In this document: in pieces, positions 11,270-28,549 of the stretch
Layout of the letters: each line of letters begins with the position of its first letter
How positions within the stretch are numbered: the first letter of the stretch is position 1
NCBI GenBank assembly: GCA_964035545.1
Contig: OZ037768.1
Coordinates: forward strand, 14,517,675 to 14,581,674
DNA from: Bugula neritina
Lineage: Eukaryota; Animalia; Bryozoa
Reading direction: 5' to 3'
Length of the DNA stretch: 64,000 nucleotides
Translations under genes and position numbers: made by a program
Notes under the pieces: model-generated
Told to the model about the DNA's origin: nothing
The model's input: only the letters and a program-made list of their open reading frames with translations
Database searches by the model: none

Positions 11270-11696
11270 TGTTGCGGACAAAAAATTCGTGAAGTTGAAA
11301 CACTGAAACAGAAACATCTAAACTTGTACTGCTGAGAATTAGACATTCAGCACACCAAAACATTGACAACCTTTTTTATACCAGTTTAGGAAAAAAATAT
11401 AATCATAATATATATTTATAAAAAAGTTATGCGATGTCAAAGTTGAAATGTGTTACCCACTGAATTTTTTTTTCAGTGGGTAAAATTTATAAACTTGTCA
11501 TTTTTTCAACAGAAAATGCATAATATAGCTTGAATATACAAATTTTAAAACAAATTGAAATGTTTTTAATTCTGGGACACAGTGAGCTCACATATTTGAA
11601 GCATCAGAGAGCTAGACAACATCATTTTTGAAAACCTGTTTTTATTTTGCATTGTACTAAATCTTTTGAGATGGCCCATAATCAATTAGTTCACCA
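11270..11696. other. AT-rich non-coding spacer containing a perfect hairpin; possibly a DNA-transposon/Helentron fragment
   Basis: No ORF. A/T tracts. Inverted repeat TTACCCACTGAA (11453-11464), T7 loop, TTCAGTGGGTAA (11472-11483). TE identity is inference only. Confidence 0.4.
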
Positions 11697-12054
11697 ATGT
11701 GCTGAAAAGTGCCTGAAAGCGCTAAAAAGTGCCAAAATGCATTGAAACGTGCCCAAATGTGCTACAATAAGCTGAATGTGAATTTGGTGTACCTAATATG
11801 CTGAAAAATGCTTAACGGTGCCGAAACACACTGAAACTCGCCCAAATGTGCTACAATGGGCGAAATGTGCATGTAGTGAACCTAATGAGCTGAAAAGTGC
11901 CCAAGTGTGCTAAAACATGCCAAAACGCACTAGAACAGCCCAAAGGTGCTACAATAGGCTTAATGTGCATTTTGTCGACGAACTGTGTTAAAAAAGCCAA
12001 TAGTTGCACTAACGTGCTGAAAAGTGCCTAAATGTGCTGAAAGGTGTCAAAATT
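11697..12054. repeat. Diverged 10-bp-period repeat (GTGCTGAAAA-like) with ~89-98-bp higher-order unit
   Basis: GTGCTGAAAA GTGCCTGAAA GCGCTAAAAA GTGCCAAAAT...; anchor GCCCAAA(T/G)GTGCTACAAT at 11751, 11840 and 11938. Confidence 0.85.
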
Positions 12055-13169
12055 CACTGAAACATACTGCAAAATACTGAAATATACTGTAACATACTAA
12101 GACATACTGCAACATACTGAAATATTATGCAACATACTGAAATATACTGCAACATACTGCAACATACTGAAATACTCTGTAACATACTGAAATACACTGC
12201 AACACACTGAAACATATTGAAATATACTGTAACATATTGAAAAACACTGCAACATACTGCAACATACTGAAATACACTGTAACATATTGAAATACACTGC
12301 AAATCATTAAAATATACCGCAACATACCGGAATATATGGTAACCTACTGAATTACACTGCAACACACTGAAGTACACTGTATTATACTGTAATGTACTGT
12401 AAAATACTGAAATATACTGCAACATACTGAAATATATGGTAACCTACTGAAATATGTTACAAACTACTGAAATATACTGCAACATACTGCAACATGATAA
12501 AGTATACTGCAACCTACTGAAATATACTAGAAGATACTGCAAAATAATGAAATACACTGTAACATACTGAAATACACTGCAACATACTGAAATATACTGC
12601 AAAATACTGTAACCTACTGAAATACATTGTAAGATACTGAAATACACTGCAACATACTGCAACATACTGCAGCATATTAAAATACACTGTAACATTTTGC
12701 AATACACTGCAACACATTGAAATATACTGCAAAATACTGAAACATACGGCAACATACTGAAATATATACTGTGACACATTGAAATATACTGCAACATACT
12801 GAAATATGCTGTAGCATACTGAAATACACTGCAACACACTGAAGTATACTGTAATATACAGAAATGTACTGTAACATACTGAAACCTATGTCAACATACT
12901 GAAATGTACTGCAACATGTTGAAATATACTGGAACATACTGAAATACACACCGTAACATACTGAACTCCACTGCAACATTCTGAAATACACTGTAACACA
13001 TTGAAACACACTGCAACACATTGAAATATACTGTTATACATTGTAAGATACTGAAATACACTGCAACATACTGCAACATAATGAAATATATGGTAACCTA
13101 CTGAAATATGTTGCAAACTACTGAAATATACTGCAACATAATGCAGCATAATGAAAGATACTGCAACAT

Positions 13170-16100
13170 ACTGAAATATACTGCAACATACTGCAACATA
13201 CTGAAATACACTGTAACAAAGTGAATATATGGTAACCTACCGAAATATGTTGCAAACTACTAAAATATACTAGAAGTCACCAAAAAATAATGCAACTGTG
13301 CAACATAATGGAATATACGGCAAAAACACTGGAATATACTGCAACAACCTAAAAGATACTGCAAAATACTGCAACATACTGAAATACACTGTAACATACG
13401 AAATTACACTGCAACATACTGAAATACACTGTAACATAGTGAAATACACTGCAACACATTGAAATATACTGCAACATACCGAAGTATATGGTAACCTACT
13501 GAAATATGTTGCAAACCACTGAAACATACTGCAACAAAATGAAATATAGTGTAACACACTGAAACATACTGCAAAATACTGAAATATACTGTAACATACT
13601 GAAACATACTGCGACATACTGAAATATAATACAACATACTGAATTACACTGCAACATACTGAAATAAACTTCAACATACTGAAATATACCTAAACATATT
13701 GAAACATACTGAAATACACTGTAAGATACTGAAATACACTGCAACAGATTGGAATATACTGCAAGATACCAAAAAATATGGTAACCTACTGAAATATGTT
13801 ACAAACTACTGAAACATACTGCAACATACTGAAACATACGGCAACATACTGAAATATACTGTGAGACAATGAAATATACTGCAACATACTGAAATATACT
13901 GTAGCATACTGAAATACACCGCAACACACTGAAGTATACTGTAATATACAGAAATGTACTGTAACATACTTAAACCTACGTCAACATACTGAAATGTACT
14001 GCAACATGCTGAAATATACTGCAACATACTGCAACATAATGAAATATATGGTAACCCACTGAAATATGTTGCAAACTACTGAAATATACTGCAACATAAC
14101 GCAGCATAATGAAAGATACTGCAACATACTGAAATAGACTGCAAGATACTGCAACATACTGAAATACACTGTAACATACTGAATTACACTGCAACACACT
14201 GAAGTAAACTGTAATATACAGTAATGTACTGTAAAATACTGAAATATACTGCAACATACTGAAATATATGGTAACCTACTGAAATATGTTACAAACTACC
14301 GAAATATACTTCAAAATACTAAAATATACCTAAAAATATTGAAATATTCTGAAATACACTGTAACATACTGAAATACACTGTAACATATTGACATACACT
14401 GCAACACATTGAAATATACCGCAACATACCGAAATACTCTGCATCACCCTGAATTATACTGTAATATACAGAAATGTATTGTAACACGCTGAAACATCCA
14501 GCAACATACTGAAATATACTGCAACTCATTGAAGTATACCGCAACATACTGAATTATGCTGTGGCATACTGAAATACACGGCTAGACACTGAAGTATACT
14601 GTAATATACAGAAATGTACTGTAACATACTGAAATACACCGAAACAATGTGAATATGTGGTAACCTACCGAAATATGTTGCAAACTACTAAAATATACTG
14701 AAAGTCACCAAAAAATAATGCAACTGTGCAACATAATGGAATATACGGCAAAAACACTGAAATATACTGCAACAACCTAAGAGATACTGCAAAATACTGC
14801 AACATACTGAAATACACTGTAACATACGAAATTACACTGCAACATACTGAAATACACTGTAACATAGTGAAATACACTGCAACACAATGAAATATACTGC
14901 AACATACCGAAGTATATGGTAACCTACTGAAATATGTTGCAAACCACTGAAACATACTGCAACAAAATGAAATATAGTGTAACACACTGAAACATACTGC
15001 AAAATACTGAAATATACTGTAACATACTAAAACATACTGCGACATACTGAAATATAATTCAACATACTGAATTACACTGCAACATACTGAAATAAACTTC
15101 AACATACTGAAATATACCTAAAAACATTGAAACATACTGAAATACACTGTAAGATACTGAAATACACTGCAACACATTGGAATATACTGCAAGATACCAA
15201 AAAATATGGTAACCTACTGAAATATGTTACAAACTACTGAAACATACTGCAACATACTGCAACATACTGAAACATACGGCAACATACTGAAATATACTGT
15301 GAGACAATGAAATATACTGCAACATACTGAAATATGCTGTAGCATACTGAAATACACCGCAACACACTGAAGTATACTGTAATATACAGAAATGTACTGT
15401 AACATACTTAAACCTACGTCAACATACTGAAATGTACTGCAACATGCTGAAATATACTGCAACATACTGCAACATACTGAAATACACTGTAACAAAGTGA
15501 ATATATGGTAACCTACCGAAATATGTTGCAAACTACTAAAATATACTAGAAGTCACCAAAAAATAATGCAACTGTGCAACATAATGGAATATACGGCAAA
15601 AACACTGGAATATACTGCAACAACCTAAAAGATACTGCAAAATACTGCAACATACTGAAATACACTGTAACATACGAAATTACACTGCAACATACTGAAA
15701 TACACTGTAACATAGTGAAATACACTGCAACACATTGAAATATACTGCAACATACCGAAGTATATGGTAACCTACTGAAATATGTTGCAAACCACTGAAA
15801 CATACTGCAACAAAATGAAATATAGTGTAACACACTGAAACATACTGCAAAATACTGAAATATACTGTAACATACTGAAACATACTGCGACATACTGAAA
15901 TATAATACAACATACTGAATTACACTGCAACATACTGAAATAAACTTCAACATACTGAAATATACCTAAACATATTGAAACATACTGAAATACACTGTAA
16001 GATACTGAAATACACTGCAACAGATTGGAATATACTGCAAGATACCAAAAAATATGGTAACCTACTGAAATATGTTACAAACTACTGAAACATACTGCAA

Positions 16101-17745
16101 CATACTGAAACATACGGCAACATACTGAAATATACTGTGAGACAATGAAATATACTGCAACATACTGAAATATACTGTAGCATACTGAAATACACCGCAA
16201 CACACTGAAGTATACTGTAATATACAGAAATGTACTGTAACATACTTAAACCTACGTCAACATACTGAAATGTACTGCAACATGCTGAAATATACTGCAA
16301 CATACTGCAACATAATGAAATATATGGTAACCCACTGAAATATGTTGCAAACTACTGAAATATACTGCAACATAACGCAGCATAATGAAAGATACTGCAA
16401 CATACTGAAATAGACTGCAAGATACTGCAACATACTGAAATACACTGTAACATACTGAATTACACTGCAACACACTGAAGTAAACTGTAATATACAGTAA
16501 TGTACTGTAAAAAACTGAAATATACTGCAACATACTGAAATATATGGTAACCTACTGAAATATGTTACAAACTACCGAAATATACTTCAAAATACTAAAA
16601 TATACCTAAAAATATTGAAATATTCTGAAATACACTGTAACATACTGAAATACACTGTAACATATTGACATACACTGCAACACATTGAAATATACCGCAA
16701 CATACCGAAATACTCTGCATCACCCTGAATTATACTGTAATATACAGAAATGTATTGTAACACGCTGAAACATCCAGCAACATACTGAAATATACTGCAA
16801 CTCATTGAAGTATACCGCAACATACTGAATTATGCTGTGGCATACTGAAATACACGGCTAGACACTGAAGTATACTGTAATATACAGAAATGTACTGTAA
16901 CATACTGAAATACACCGAAACAATGTGAATATGTGGTAACCTACCGAAATATGTTGCAAACTACTAAAATATACTGAAAGTCACCAAAAAATAATGCAAC
17001 TGTGCAACATAATGGAATATACGGCAAAAACACTGAAATATACTGCAACAACCTAAGAGATACTGCAAAATACTGCAACATACTGAAATACACTGTAACA
17101 TACGAAATTACACTGCAACATACTGAAATACACTGTAACATAGTGAAATACACTGCAACACAATGAAATATACTGCAACATACCGAAGTATATGGTAACC
17201 TACTGAAATATGTTGCAAACCACTGAAACATACTGCAACAAAATGAAATATAGTGTAACACACTGAAACATACTGCAAAATACTGAAATATACTGTAACA
17301 TACTAAAACATACTGCGACATACTGAAATATAATTCAACATACTGAATTACACTGCAACATACTGAAATAAACTTCAACATACTGAAATATACCTAAAAA
17401 CATTGAAACATACTGAAATACACTGTAAGATACTGAAATACACTGCAACACATTGGAATATACTGCAAGATACCAAAAAATATGGTAACCTACTGAAATA
17501 TGTTACAAACTACTGAAACATACTGCAACATACTGCAACATACTGAAACATACGGCAACATACTGAAATATACTGTGAGACAATGAAATATACTGCAACA
17601 TACTGAAATATGCTGTAGCATACTGAAATACACCGCAACACACTGAAGTATACTGTAATATACAGAAATGTACTGTAACATACTTAAACCTACGTCAACA
17701 TACTGAAATGTACTGCAACATGCTGAAATATACTGCAACATACTG
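13170..17745. repeat. Tandem duplication, unit 2276 bp, two near-identical copies
   Basis: Identical ORF translations at constant offset 2276 (13270/15546, 14311/16587, 14665/16941). Landmark GTAACAAAGTGAATATATGG at 13213 and 15489. Confidence 0.92.
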
Positions 17746-20700
17746 AAATACACACCGTAACAGACTGAACTCCACTGCAACATTCTGAAATACACTGTAA
17801 CACATTGAAATACACTGCAACACATTGAAATATACTGAAATACATTGTAAGATACTGAAATACACTGCAACATACTGCAACATTAGGAAATATATGGTAA
17901 CCTACTGAAATATGTTGCAAAATACTGAAATATACTGTAACATACTAAGACATACTGCAACATACTGAAATATAATGCAACATACTGCAACATACTGAAA
18001 TACTCTGTAACATACTGAAATACACTGCAACACACTGAAACCTATTGAAATGTACTGTAAGATATTGAAATACACTGCCACATATTGCAAAATGCTGAAA
18101 TACACTGTAACATTTTGAAATACACTGCAAAACATTAAAATATACCGCAACATACCGAAAGATATGGTAACCTACTGAAATATACTGTAACACATTGAAA
18201 TATTATACTGCAACAAACTGAAACACACTGCAACACACTAAAGTATACTGTAACATACAAAAATTTACTGTAACATACAGAAACATGCCGCAGCATTTAT
18301 AATATACTGCAACAGATTGAAATATACTGCAACATACTGAAATATGCTGTAGCATACTGAAATACACTGCAATACACTGAAGTATACTGTAATATACAGA
18401 AATGTACTGTAAAATACTGAAATATACTTCAACATACTGAAATAGACCTAAAATTATTGAAACATACTGAAATACACTGTAACATACTGAAATAGACTGC
18501 AACACATTGGAATATACTGCAACATACCGAAATATATGGTAACCCCACTGAATTATGTTACAAACTACTGAAATATACTGCAATATACTGCAACAAAATG
18601 AAATATACCGTAACACACTGAAACATACTGCAAAATACTGAAATATACTGTAACATACTAAAACATACTGCAACATACTGAAATATACTTCAACATAATG
18701 AAATATACCTAAAAATATTGAAACATACTGAAATACACTGTAATATACTAAAATAAATTGTAACCTACTGAAATATGTTGCAAACTACTGAAATATACTG
18801 CAACAAAATGAAATATAGTGTAACACACTGAAACATACTGCAAAATACTGAAATATACTGTAACATACTAAAACATACTGCGACATACTGAAATATAATA
18901 CAACATACTGATTACACTGCAACATACTAAAATAAACTTCAACATACTGAAATATACCTAAAAATATTGAAACATACTGAAATACACTGTAAGATACTGA
19001 ATTACACTGCAACACATTGGAATATACAGCAAGATACCAAAAAACATGGTAACCTACTGAAATATGTTACAAACTACTGAAACATACTGCAACATACTGC
19101 AACATACTGAAACATACGGCAACATACTGAAATATACTGTGAGACAATGAAATATACTGCAACATACTGAAATATGCTGTAGCATACTGAAACATGCAAC
19201 AACATATTGAAATAAACTGCAACACTTTGAAATATACTGCAACATACCGAAATATATGGTATCCTACTAAAATATAATGTAACACATTGAATGATGCTGC
19301 AACATACTGAAATACACTGCAACACACTGAAGTATACTGTAATATACAGAAATGTACTGTAACATACTAAAACATGCAACAACATATTGAAATAAACTGC
19401 AACACTTTGAAATATACTGCAACATACCGAAATATATGGTAACCTACTGAAATAAGTTGCAAACTACTGAAATATACTGCAACATACTGCAACATAATGA
19501 AGTACACTGCAACCTACTGAAATATACTGCAAGATACTGCAACATACCGAAGTACATTGTAAGATACTGAAATACACTGCAACATACTGCAACATACTGC
19601 AGCATATTGAAATACACTGTAATTTTTTGCAATACACTGCAACACATTGAAATATACTGCAACATACTGAAACATACGGCAACATACTGAAATATACTGT
19701 GACACATTGAAACATAGTGCAACATACTCAAATATGCTGTAGCATACTGAATTACACTGCAACACACTGAAGTATACTGTAATATAGAGAAATGTACTGT
19801 AACATACTGAAACCTACGTCAACATACTGAAATGTACTGCAACATGCTGAAATATACTGCAACATACTGAAATACACACCGTAACATACTGAACTCCACT
19901 GCAACATTCTGAAATACACTGTAACACATTGAAATATACTGAAATACATTGTAAGATACTGAAATACACTGCAACATACTGCAACATAATGAAATATATG
20001 GTAACCCACTGAAATATGTTGCAAATTACTGAAATATACTGCAACATAACGCAGCATGATGTGAGATACTGCAACATACTGAAATAGACTGCGAGATACT
20101 GCAACATACTGAAATACACTGCAACACATTGAAATATTCCGCAACATACCGAAATATATGGTAACCTAATGAAATATACTGTAACACGCTGAAATACACT
20201 GCAACATACTGAAATACACTGCAACAAACTGAAGTATACTGTAATATACAGAAATGTACTGTAAAACACTGAAATATATTTCAACACACTGAAAACTACC
20301 TAAAAAGATTGAAACATACTGAAATACACTGTAACATACTGAAATACACTGCAACACATTGGAATATACTGCAACATACCGAAATATATGGTAACCTACT
20401 GAAATATGTTACAAACTACTGAAACATACTGCAACATACTGCAACATAATGAAATATACTGCAACATACTGAAAGATACTGCAACATACTGAAATAGACT
20501 GCAAGATACTGCAACTTACTTAAATACATTGTAAGATACTGAAATACACTGCAACATACTGCAACATCCTGCAACATATTGAAACACACTGTAACATATT
20601 GAAAAACACTGCAACACATTGAAATATACTGGAACATACTAAAACATACGGCAACATACTTAAATATACTGCGACACATTGAAATAAACTGCAACATACG

Positions 20701-23700
20701 GAAATATGCTGTAGCATACTGAATAACACTGCAACACCCTGAAGTATACTGTAATATACAGAAATGTACTGTAACATACTGAAACATACGTCAACATACT
20801 GAAATGTACTGCAACATGCTGAAATATACTGCAACATACTGAAATACACTGTAACATACTGAATTACACTGCAACATACTGAAACACACTGCAACACACT
20901 AAAGTAAACTGTGATAAAGAGAAATGTGCTGTGACATACTGAAACATGCGGCAACATATTGAAATATACTGCAACACATTGAAATATACTGCAAAACACT
21001 GAAATGTGGTGTAGCATACTGAAATACACTGCAACACACTGAAGTATACTGTAATATACAGAAATGTACTGTAAAATACTGAAATGTACTTCAATATACT
21101 GAAATATACCTAAAAATATTTAAACATACTGAAATACACTGTAACATACTGAAATACACTGCAACACATTGGAATGTACCGCAACATACCGAAATATATG
21201 GTAACCCCACTGAATTATGTTACAAACTACTGAAATATACTGCAACATACTGCAACAAAATGAAATATACCGTAACAGACTGAAACATACTGCAAAATAC
21301 TGAAAAATACTGTAACATACTAAAAAATACTGCAACATACTGAAATATACTTCAACATACTGAAATATACCTAAAAATATTGAAACATACTGAAGTACCA
21401 TGTAACATACTAAAATATTTTATAACCTACTGAAATATGTTGCAAACTACTGAAATATACTGCAACATACGGCAACATGCTGGAACACACTGTAACACAC
21501 TGAAATATACTGCAACATACTGAAATACACTGCAAGATACGGCAACATACTGAAATACATTGTAAGAGACTGATATACACTGCAACATACTGCATTATAC
21601 TGCAACATACTGCAACATATTGAAATACACTGTAACATATTGAAAAACACTGCAACACAATAAAATATACTGCAACATACTCAAACATACGGCAACATAC
21701 TGAAATATACTGCGACACATTAAAATAAACTGCAACGTACCGAAATATGCTGTAGCATACTGAATAACACTGCAACACACTGAAGTATACTGTAATATAC
21801 AGAAATGTACTGTAACATACTGAAACATACGTCAACATACTGAAATGTACTGCAACATGCTGAAATACACTGTAACATACTGAATTACACTGCAACATAC
21901 TGAAATACACTGCAACACACTAAAGTAAACTGTAATAAACAGAAATGTACTGTGACATACTGAAACATGCGGCAACATATTGAAATATACTGCAACACAT
22001 TGAAATATACTGCAACATACTGAAATGTGGTGTAGCATACTGAAATACACTGCAACACACTGAAGTATACTGTAATATACAGAAATGTACTGTAAAATAC
22101 TGAAATATACTTCAATATACTGAAATATACCTAAAATTATCGAAACATACTGAAATACACTGTAACATACTGAAATACACTGCAACACATAGGAATATAC
22201 TGCAACATACCGAAATATATGGTAACCCCACTGAATTATGTTACAAACTACTGAAACATACTGCAACATCCTGCAACATAATGAAATAAACTGCAACACA
22301 CTGAAAGATACTGCAACATACCGAAGTATATGTTAACCTACTGAAATATGTTGCAAACTACTGAAATATACTGCAACATAATGCAGCATAATGAAAGATA
22401 CTGCAACATACTGCAACAAAAAGAAATATACTGTAACACACTGAAACATACTGCAAAATACGGAAATATACTGTATCATACTAAAACATACTGCGACATA
22501 CTGAAATAAAATACAACATACTGAATTACACTGCAACATACTGAAATAAACTTCAACATACTGAAATATACCTAAAAATATTGAAACATACTGAAATACA
22601 CTGTAAGATACTGAAATACACTGCAACATACTGCAACATTAGGAAATATATGGTAACTTACTGAAATATGTTGCAAAATACTGAAATATACTGTAACATA
22701 CCAACACATACTGCAACATACTGAAATATAATGCAACATACTGAAATATACTGCAACATACTGCAACATACTGAAATACTCTGTAACATACTGAAATACA
22801 CTGCAACAAACTGAAACCTATTGAATTGTACTGTAACATATTGAAATACACTGCAACATACTGCAAAATTCTGAAATACACTGTAACATTTTGAAATACG
22901 CTGCAAAACATTAAAATATACTGCAACATACCGAAATATATGGTAACCTACTGAAATATACTGTAACACAATGAAATATTATACTGCAACAAACTGAAAC
23001 ACACTGCAACACAGGAAAGTATAATGTAACATACAAAAATCTACTGTAACATACTGAAACATGCCGCAGCATTTATAATATACTGCAACACATTGAAATA
23101 AACTGCAACATACTGAAATGTGCTGTAGCATACTGAAATACACTGCAACACACTGAAGTATACTGTAATATACAGAAATGTACTAGAAAACACTGAAATA
23201 TATTTCAACATACTGAAAACGACCTAAAAATATCGAAGCATACTGAAATACACTGTAACATACTGAAATACACTGCAACACATTGGAATATACTGCAAGA
23301 TACCGAAATATATGGTAACCTACTGAAATATGTTACAAACTACTGAAACATACTGCAACATACTGAAAAGTAATGAAATATACTGCCACATACTGAAAGA
23401 TACTGCAACATACTGCAACATACTGAAAGACACTGTAACATACTGAAATATTCTGCAACATACTGAAATAGACTGAAAGAAACTGTAACCTACTGAGATA
23501 CATTGTAAGATACTGAATTACATTGCAACATACTGCAACATACTGCAGCATATTGAAATACACTCTAACATTTTGCAAGACACTGCAACACATTGAAACA
23601 TAGTGCAAAATACTGAAACATACGGCAACATACTGAAATATACTGTGACTCATTGGAATATACTGCAACATACTGAAATATGCTGTAGCATACGGAAATA

Positions 23701-26700
23701 CACTGCAACACACTGAAGTATACTGTAATATACAGAATTGTACTGTAACATACTGAAACCTACGTCAACATACTGAAATGTACTGCAACATGCTGAAATA
23801 TACTGCAACATACTGAAATACACAGCGTAACATACTGAACTTCACTGCAACATTCTGAAATACACTGTAACACATTGAAATACACTGCAACACATTGAAA
23901 TATACCGAAATACATTGTAAGATACTGAAATACACTGCTACATACTGCAACATAATGAAATATATGGTAACCTACAGAAATATGTTGCAAACTACTGAAA
24001 TATACTGCAACATAATGCAGCATAGTGAAAGATACTGCAACATACTGAAATATACTGCAAGATAATGCAACATACTGAAATACACTGTAACATACTGAAA
24101 TACACTGTAACACATTGGAATATACTGCAACATACCAAAATATATGGTAACCTACTGAAACATGTTGCAAACTACTGAAATATACTGCAACATACTGCCA
24201 CATAATGAAATATACTGCAACAAACTGAAAGATACTGCAACATACTGAATCATACTGTGGCCTACTGAAACACATTGTAACATTTTGAAATATGATGTAA
24301 TACACCGAAACATAGTGCAACATACTGAAATTTACCGGAACATACTGGAATAAACTGTGACACACTAAATTATTATGCAACAGACTGAAAGACACCGCAA
24401 CATACTGAAATATACTGTGAGACAATGAAATATAGTGCAACATACTGAAATATGCTGTAGCATACTGAAATACACCGCAACACACTGAAGTGTACTGTAA
24501 TATACAGAAATGTACTGTAACATACGGGAACCTACGTCAACATGCTGAAATATACTGCAACATACTGAAATACACACCGTAACATACTGAACTCCACTGC
24601 AACATTCTGAAATACACTGTAACACATTGAATTACACTGCAACACATTGAAATATACTGAATTACATTGTAAGATACTGAAATACACTGCAACATACTGC
24701 AACATTAGGAAATATATGGTAACCTACTGAAATATGTTGCAAAATACTGAAATATACTGTAACATACTAAGACATAATGCAACATACTGAAATATAATGC
24801 AACATACTGAAATATACTGCAACATACTGCAACATACTGAAATACTCTGTAACATACTGAAATACACTGCAACACACTGAAGTATACTGTAATATACAGA
24901 AATGTACTAGAAAACACTGAAATATATTTCAACATACTGAAAACTACCTAAAAATATTGAAACATACTGAAATACACTGTAACATACTGAAATACACTGC
25001 AACCCATTGGAATATACTGAATTACATTGTAAGATACTGAAATACACTGCAACATACTGCAACATTAGGAAATATATGGTAACCTACTGAAATATGTTAC
25101 AAACTACTGAAACATACTGCAACATACTGCAACATAATCAAATATACTGCAACATACTGAAAGATACTGCAACATACTGCAACATACTGAAATACACTGT
25201 AACATACGGAATTACACTGCAGCATACTGCAACATACTGAAATACACTGTAACATAGTGAAATACACTGCAACACATTGAAATATACTGCAACATACCGA
25301 AGTATATGTTAACCTACTGAAATATGTTGCAAACCACTGAAACACACTGAAACATACTGCAACAAAAAGAAATATACTGTAACACACTGAAACATATTGC
25401 AAAGTACTGAAATATACTGTAACATACTAAAACATACTGCGACATACTGAAATATAATACAACATACTGAATTACACTGCAACATACTGAAATAAACTTC
25501 AACATACTGAAATATACCTAAAAATATTGAAACATACTGAAATACACTGTAAGATGCTGAAATGCACTGCAACACATTGAAATATACTGCAACATACCAA
25601 AAAATATGGTAACCTACTGAAATATGTTACAAACTACTGAAACATACTGCAACATACTGCAACATACTGAAACATACGGCAACATACTGAAATATACTGT
25701 GAGACAATGAAATATACTGCAACATACTGAAATATCCAGTAGCATACTGAAATACACCGCAACACACTGAAGTGTACTGTAATATACAGAAATATACTGT
25801 AACATACGGAAACCTACGTCAACATGCTGAAATATACTGCAACATACTGAAATACACACCGTAACATACTGAACTCCACTGCAACATTCTGAAATACACT
25901 GTAACACATTGAAATACAGTGCAACACATTGAAATATACTGAATTACATTGTAAGATACTGAAATACACTGCAACATACTGCAACATTAGGAAATATATG
26001 GTAACCTACTGAAATATGTTGCAAAATACTGAAATATACTGTAACATACTAAGACATAATGCAACATACTGAAATATAATGCAACATACTGAAATATACT
26101 GCAACATACTGCAACATACTGAAATACTCTGTAACATACTGAAATACACTGCAACACACTGAAACCTATTGAAATGTACTGTAACATTTTGAAATACACT
26201 GCAAAACATTAAAATATACCGCAACATACTGAAATATATGGTAACCTACTGAAATATACTGTAACACATTGAAATATTATACTGCAACAAACTGAAACAC
26301 ACTGCAACACACTAAAGTATACTGTAACATACAAAAATTTACTGTAACATACTGAAACATGCCGCAGCATTTATAATATACTACAACAGATTGAAATATA
26401 CTGCACCATACTGAAATATGCTGTAGCATACTGAAATGCACTGCAACACACTGAAGTATACTGTAATATACAGAAATGTACTGTAAAATACTGAAATATA
26501 CTTCAACATACTGAAATATACCTAAAAATGTTGAAACATACTGAAATACACTGTAACATACTGAAATACACTGCAACACATTGGAATATACTGCAACATA
26601 CCGAAATATATGGTAACCTAGTGAAATATGACAAACTACTGAAATATACTGCAACACACTGCAACATAATGAAATATACTGCAACAAACTGAAAGATACT

Positions 26701-28549
26701 GCAACATACTGAATTATACTGTGGCCTACTGAAACACATTGTAACATTTTGAAATATGATGTAATACGCCGAAACATAGTGCAACATACTGAAATTTACC
26801 GGAACATACTGGAATAAACTGTGACACACTAAATTATTATGCAACAGACTGAAAGACACCGCAACATACTGAAATATACTGAGACACAATGAAATATACT
26901 GCAACATACTGAAATAGGCCGCAGCATACTGAAATACACTGCAACACACAGAAGTATACTGTAATACACAGACATGTACTGTCTCATACCAAAACATACG
27001 TCAACATACTGAAATGTACTGCAACATACTGAAATATACTGCAATTTACTGAAATACACTGTAACATACTGAATTACACTGCAACACACTCAAGTAAACT
27101 GTAATATACAGTAATGTACTGTAAAATACTGAAATATACTGCAACATACTGAAATATATGGTAACCTACTGAAATATGTTACAGACTACCGAAATAAACT
27201 TCAAAATACTGAAATATACCTAAAAATATTGAAATATACTGAAATACACTGTAACATACTGAAATACACTGTAACATATTGAAATACACTGCAACACATT
27301 GAAATATACCGCAACATACCGAAATACTCTGCATCACACTGAAGTATACTGCAATATACAGAAATGTATTGTAACACGCTGAAACATGCAGCAACATACT
27401 GAAATATACTGCAAAACATTGAACTATACCGCAACATACTGAAATATGCTGTGGCATACTGAAATACACTGCTAGACACTGAAGTATACTGTAATATACA
27501 GAAATGTATTGTAACACGCTGAAACATGCAGCAACATACTGAAATATACTGCAAAACATTGAACTATACCGCAACATACTGAAATATGCTGTGGCATACT
27601 GAAATACACTGCTAGACACTGAAGTATACTGTAATATACAGAAATGTACTGTAACATACTGAAAAGTACGGCGACATACTGAAATGTACTGCAACATACT
27701 GAAATACACCGAAACAAACTGAATATATGGTAAGCTAACGAAATATGTTGCAAACTACTAAAATATACTGAAAGTCACCAAAAAATATCGCAACTGTGCA
27801 ACATAATGGAATATACGGCAAAAACACTGGAATATACTGCAACAACCTAAGAGATACTGCAAAATACTGCAACATACTGAAATACACTGTAACATAGTGA
27901 AATATAGTGCAACACATTGAAATATACTGCAACATACCGAAGTCTATGTTAACATACTGAAATATGTTACAAACCACTAAAACATTCTGCAACATACTGC
28001 AACAAAAAGAAATATACTGTAACACACTGAAACATACTGCAAAATACTGAATTATACTGTAACATACTAAAACATACTGCGACATACTGAAATATAATAC
28101 AACATACTGAATTACACTGCAACATACTAAAATAAACTTCAACATACTGAAATATACCTAAAAACATTGAAACATACTGAAATACACTGTAAGATACTGA
28201 AATACACTGCAACACGTTGGAATATACTGCAACATACCAAAAAAGATGGTAACCTACTGAAATATGTTACAAACTACTGAAACATACTGCAACATACTGC
28301 AACCTACTGAAATATACGGCAACATACTGAAATATACTGTGAGACAATGAAATATACTGCAACATACTGAAATATGCTGTAGCATACTGAAATACACCGC
28401 AACACACTGAAGTGTACTGTAATATACAGAAATGTACTGTAACATACTTAAACCTACGTCAACATACTGAAATGTACTGCAACATGCTGAAATATACTGC
28501 AACATACTGAAATACACACCGTAACATACTGAACTCCACTGCAACGTTC

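Noticed and set aside
1708-11273. TSD uniting LTR-A and LTR-B
   Set aside because: Flanks are GTGT (1708-1711) and TGTT (11270-11273). TGTT at 1709-1712 overlaps the LTR's first base in a TG-rich patch, so it is not convincing.
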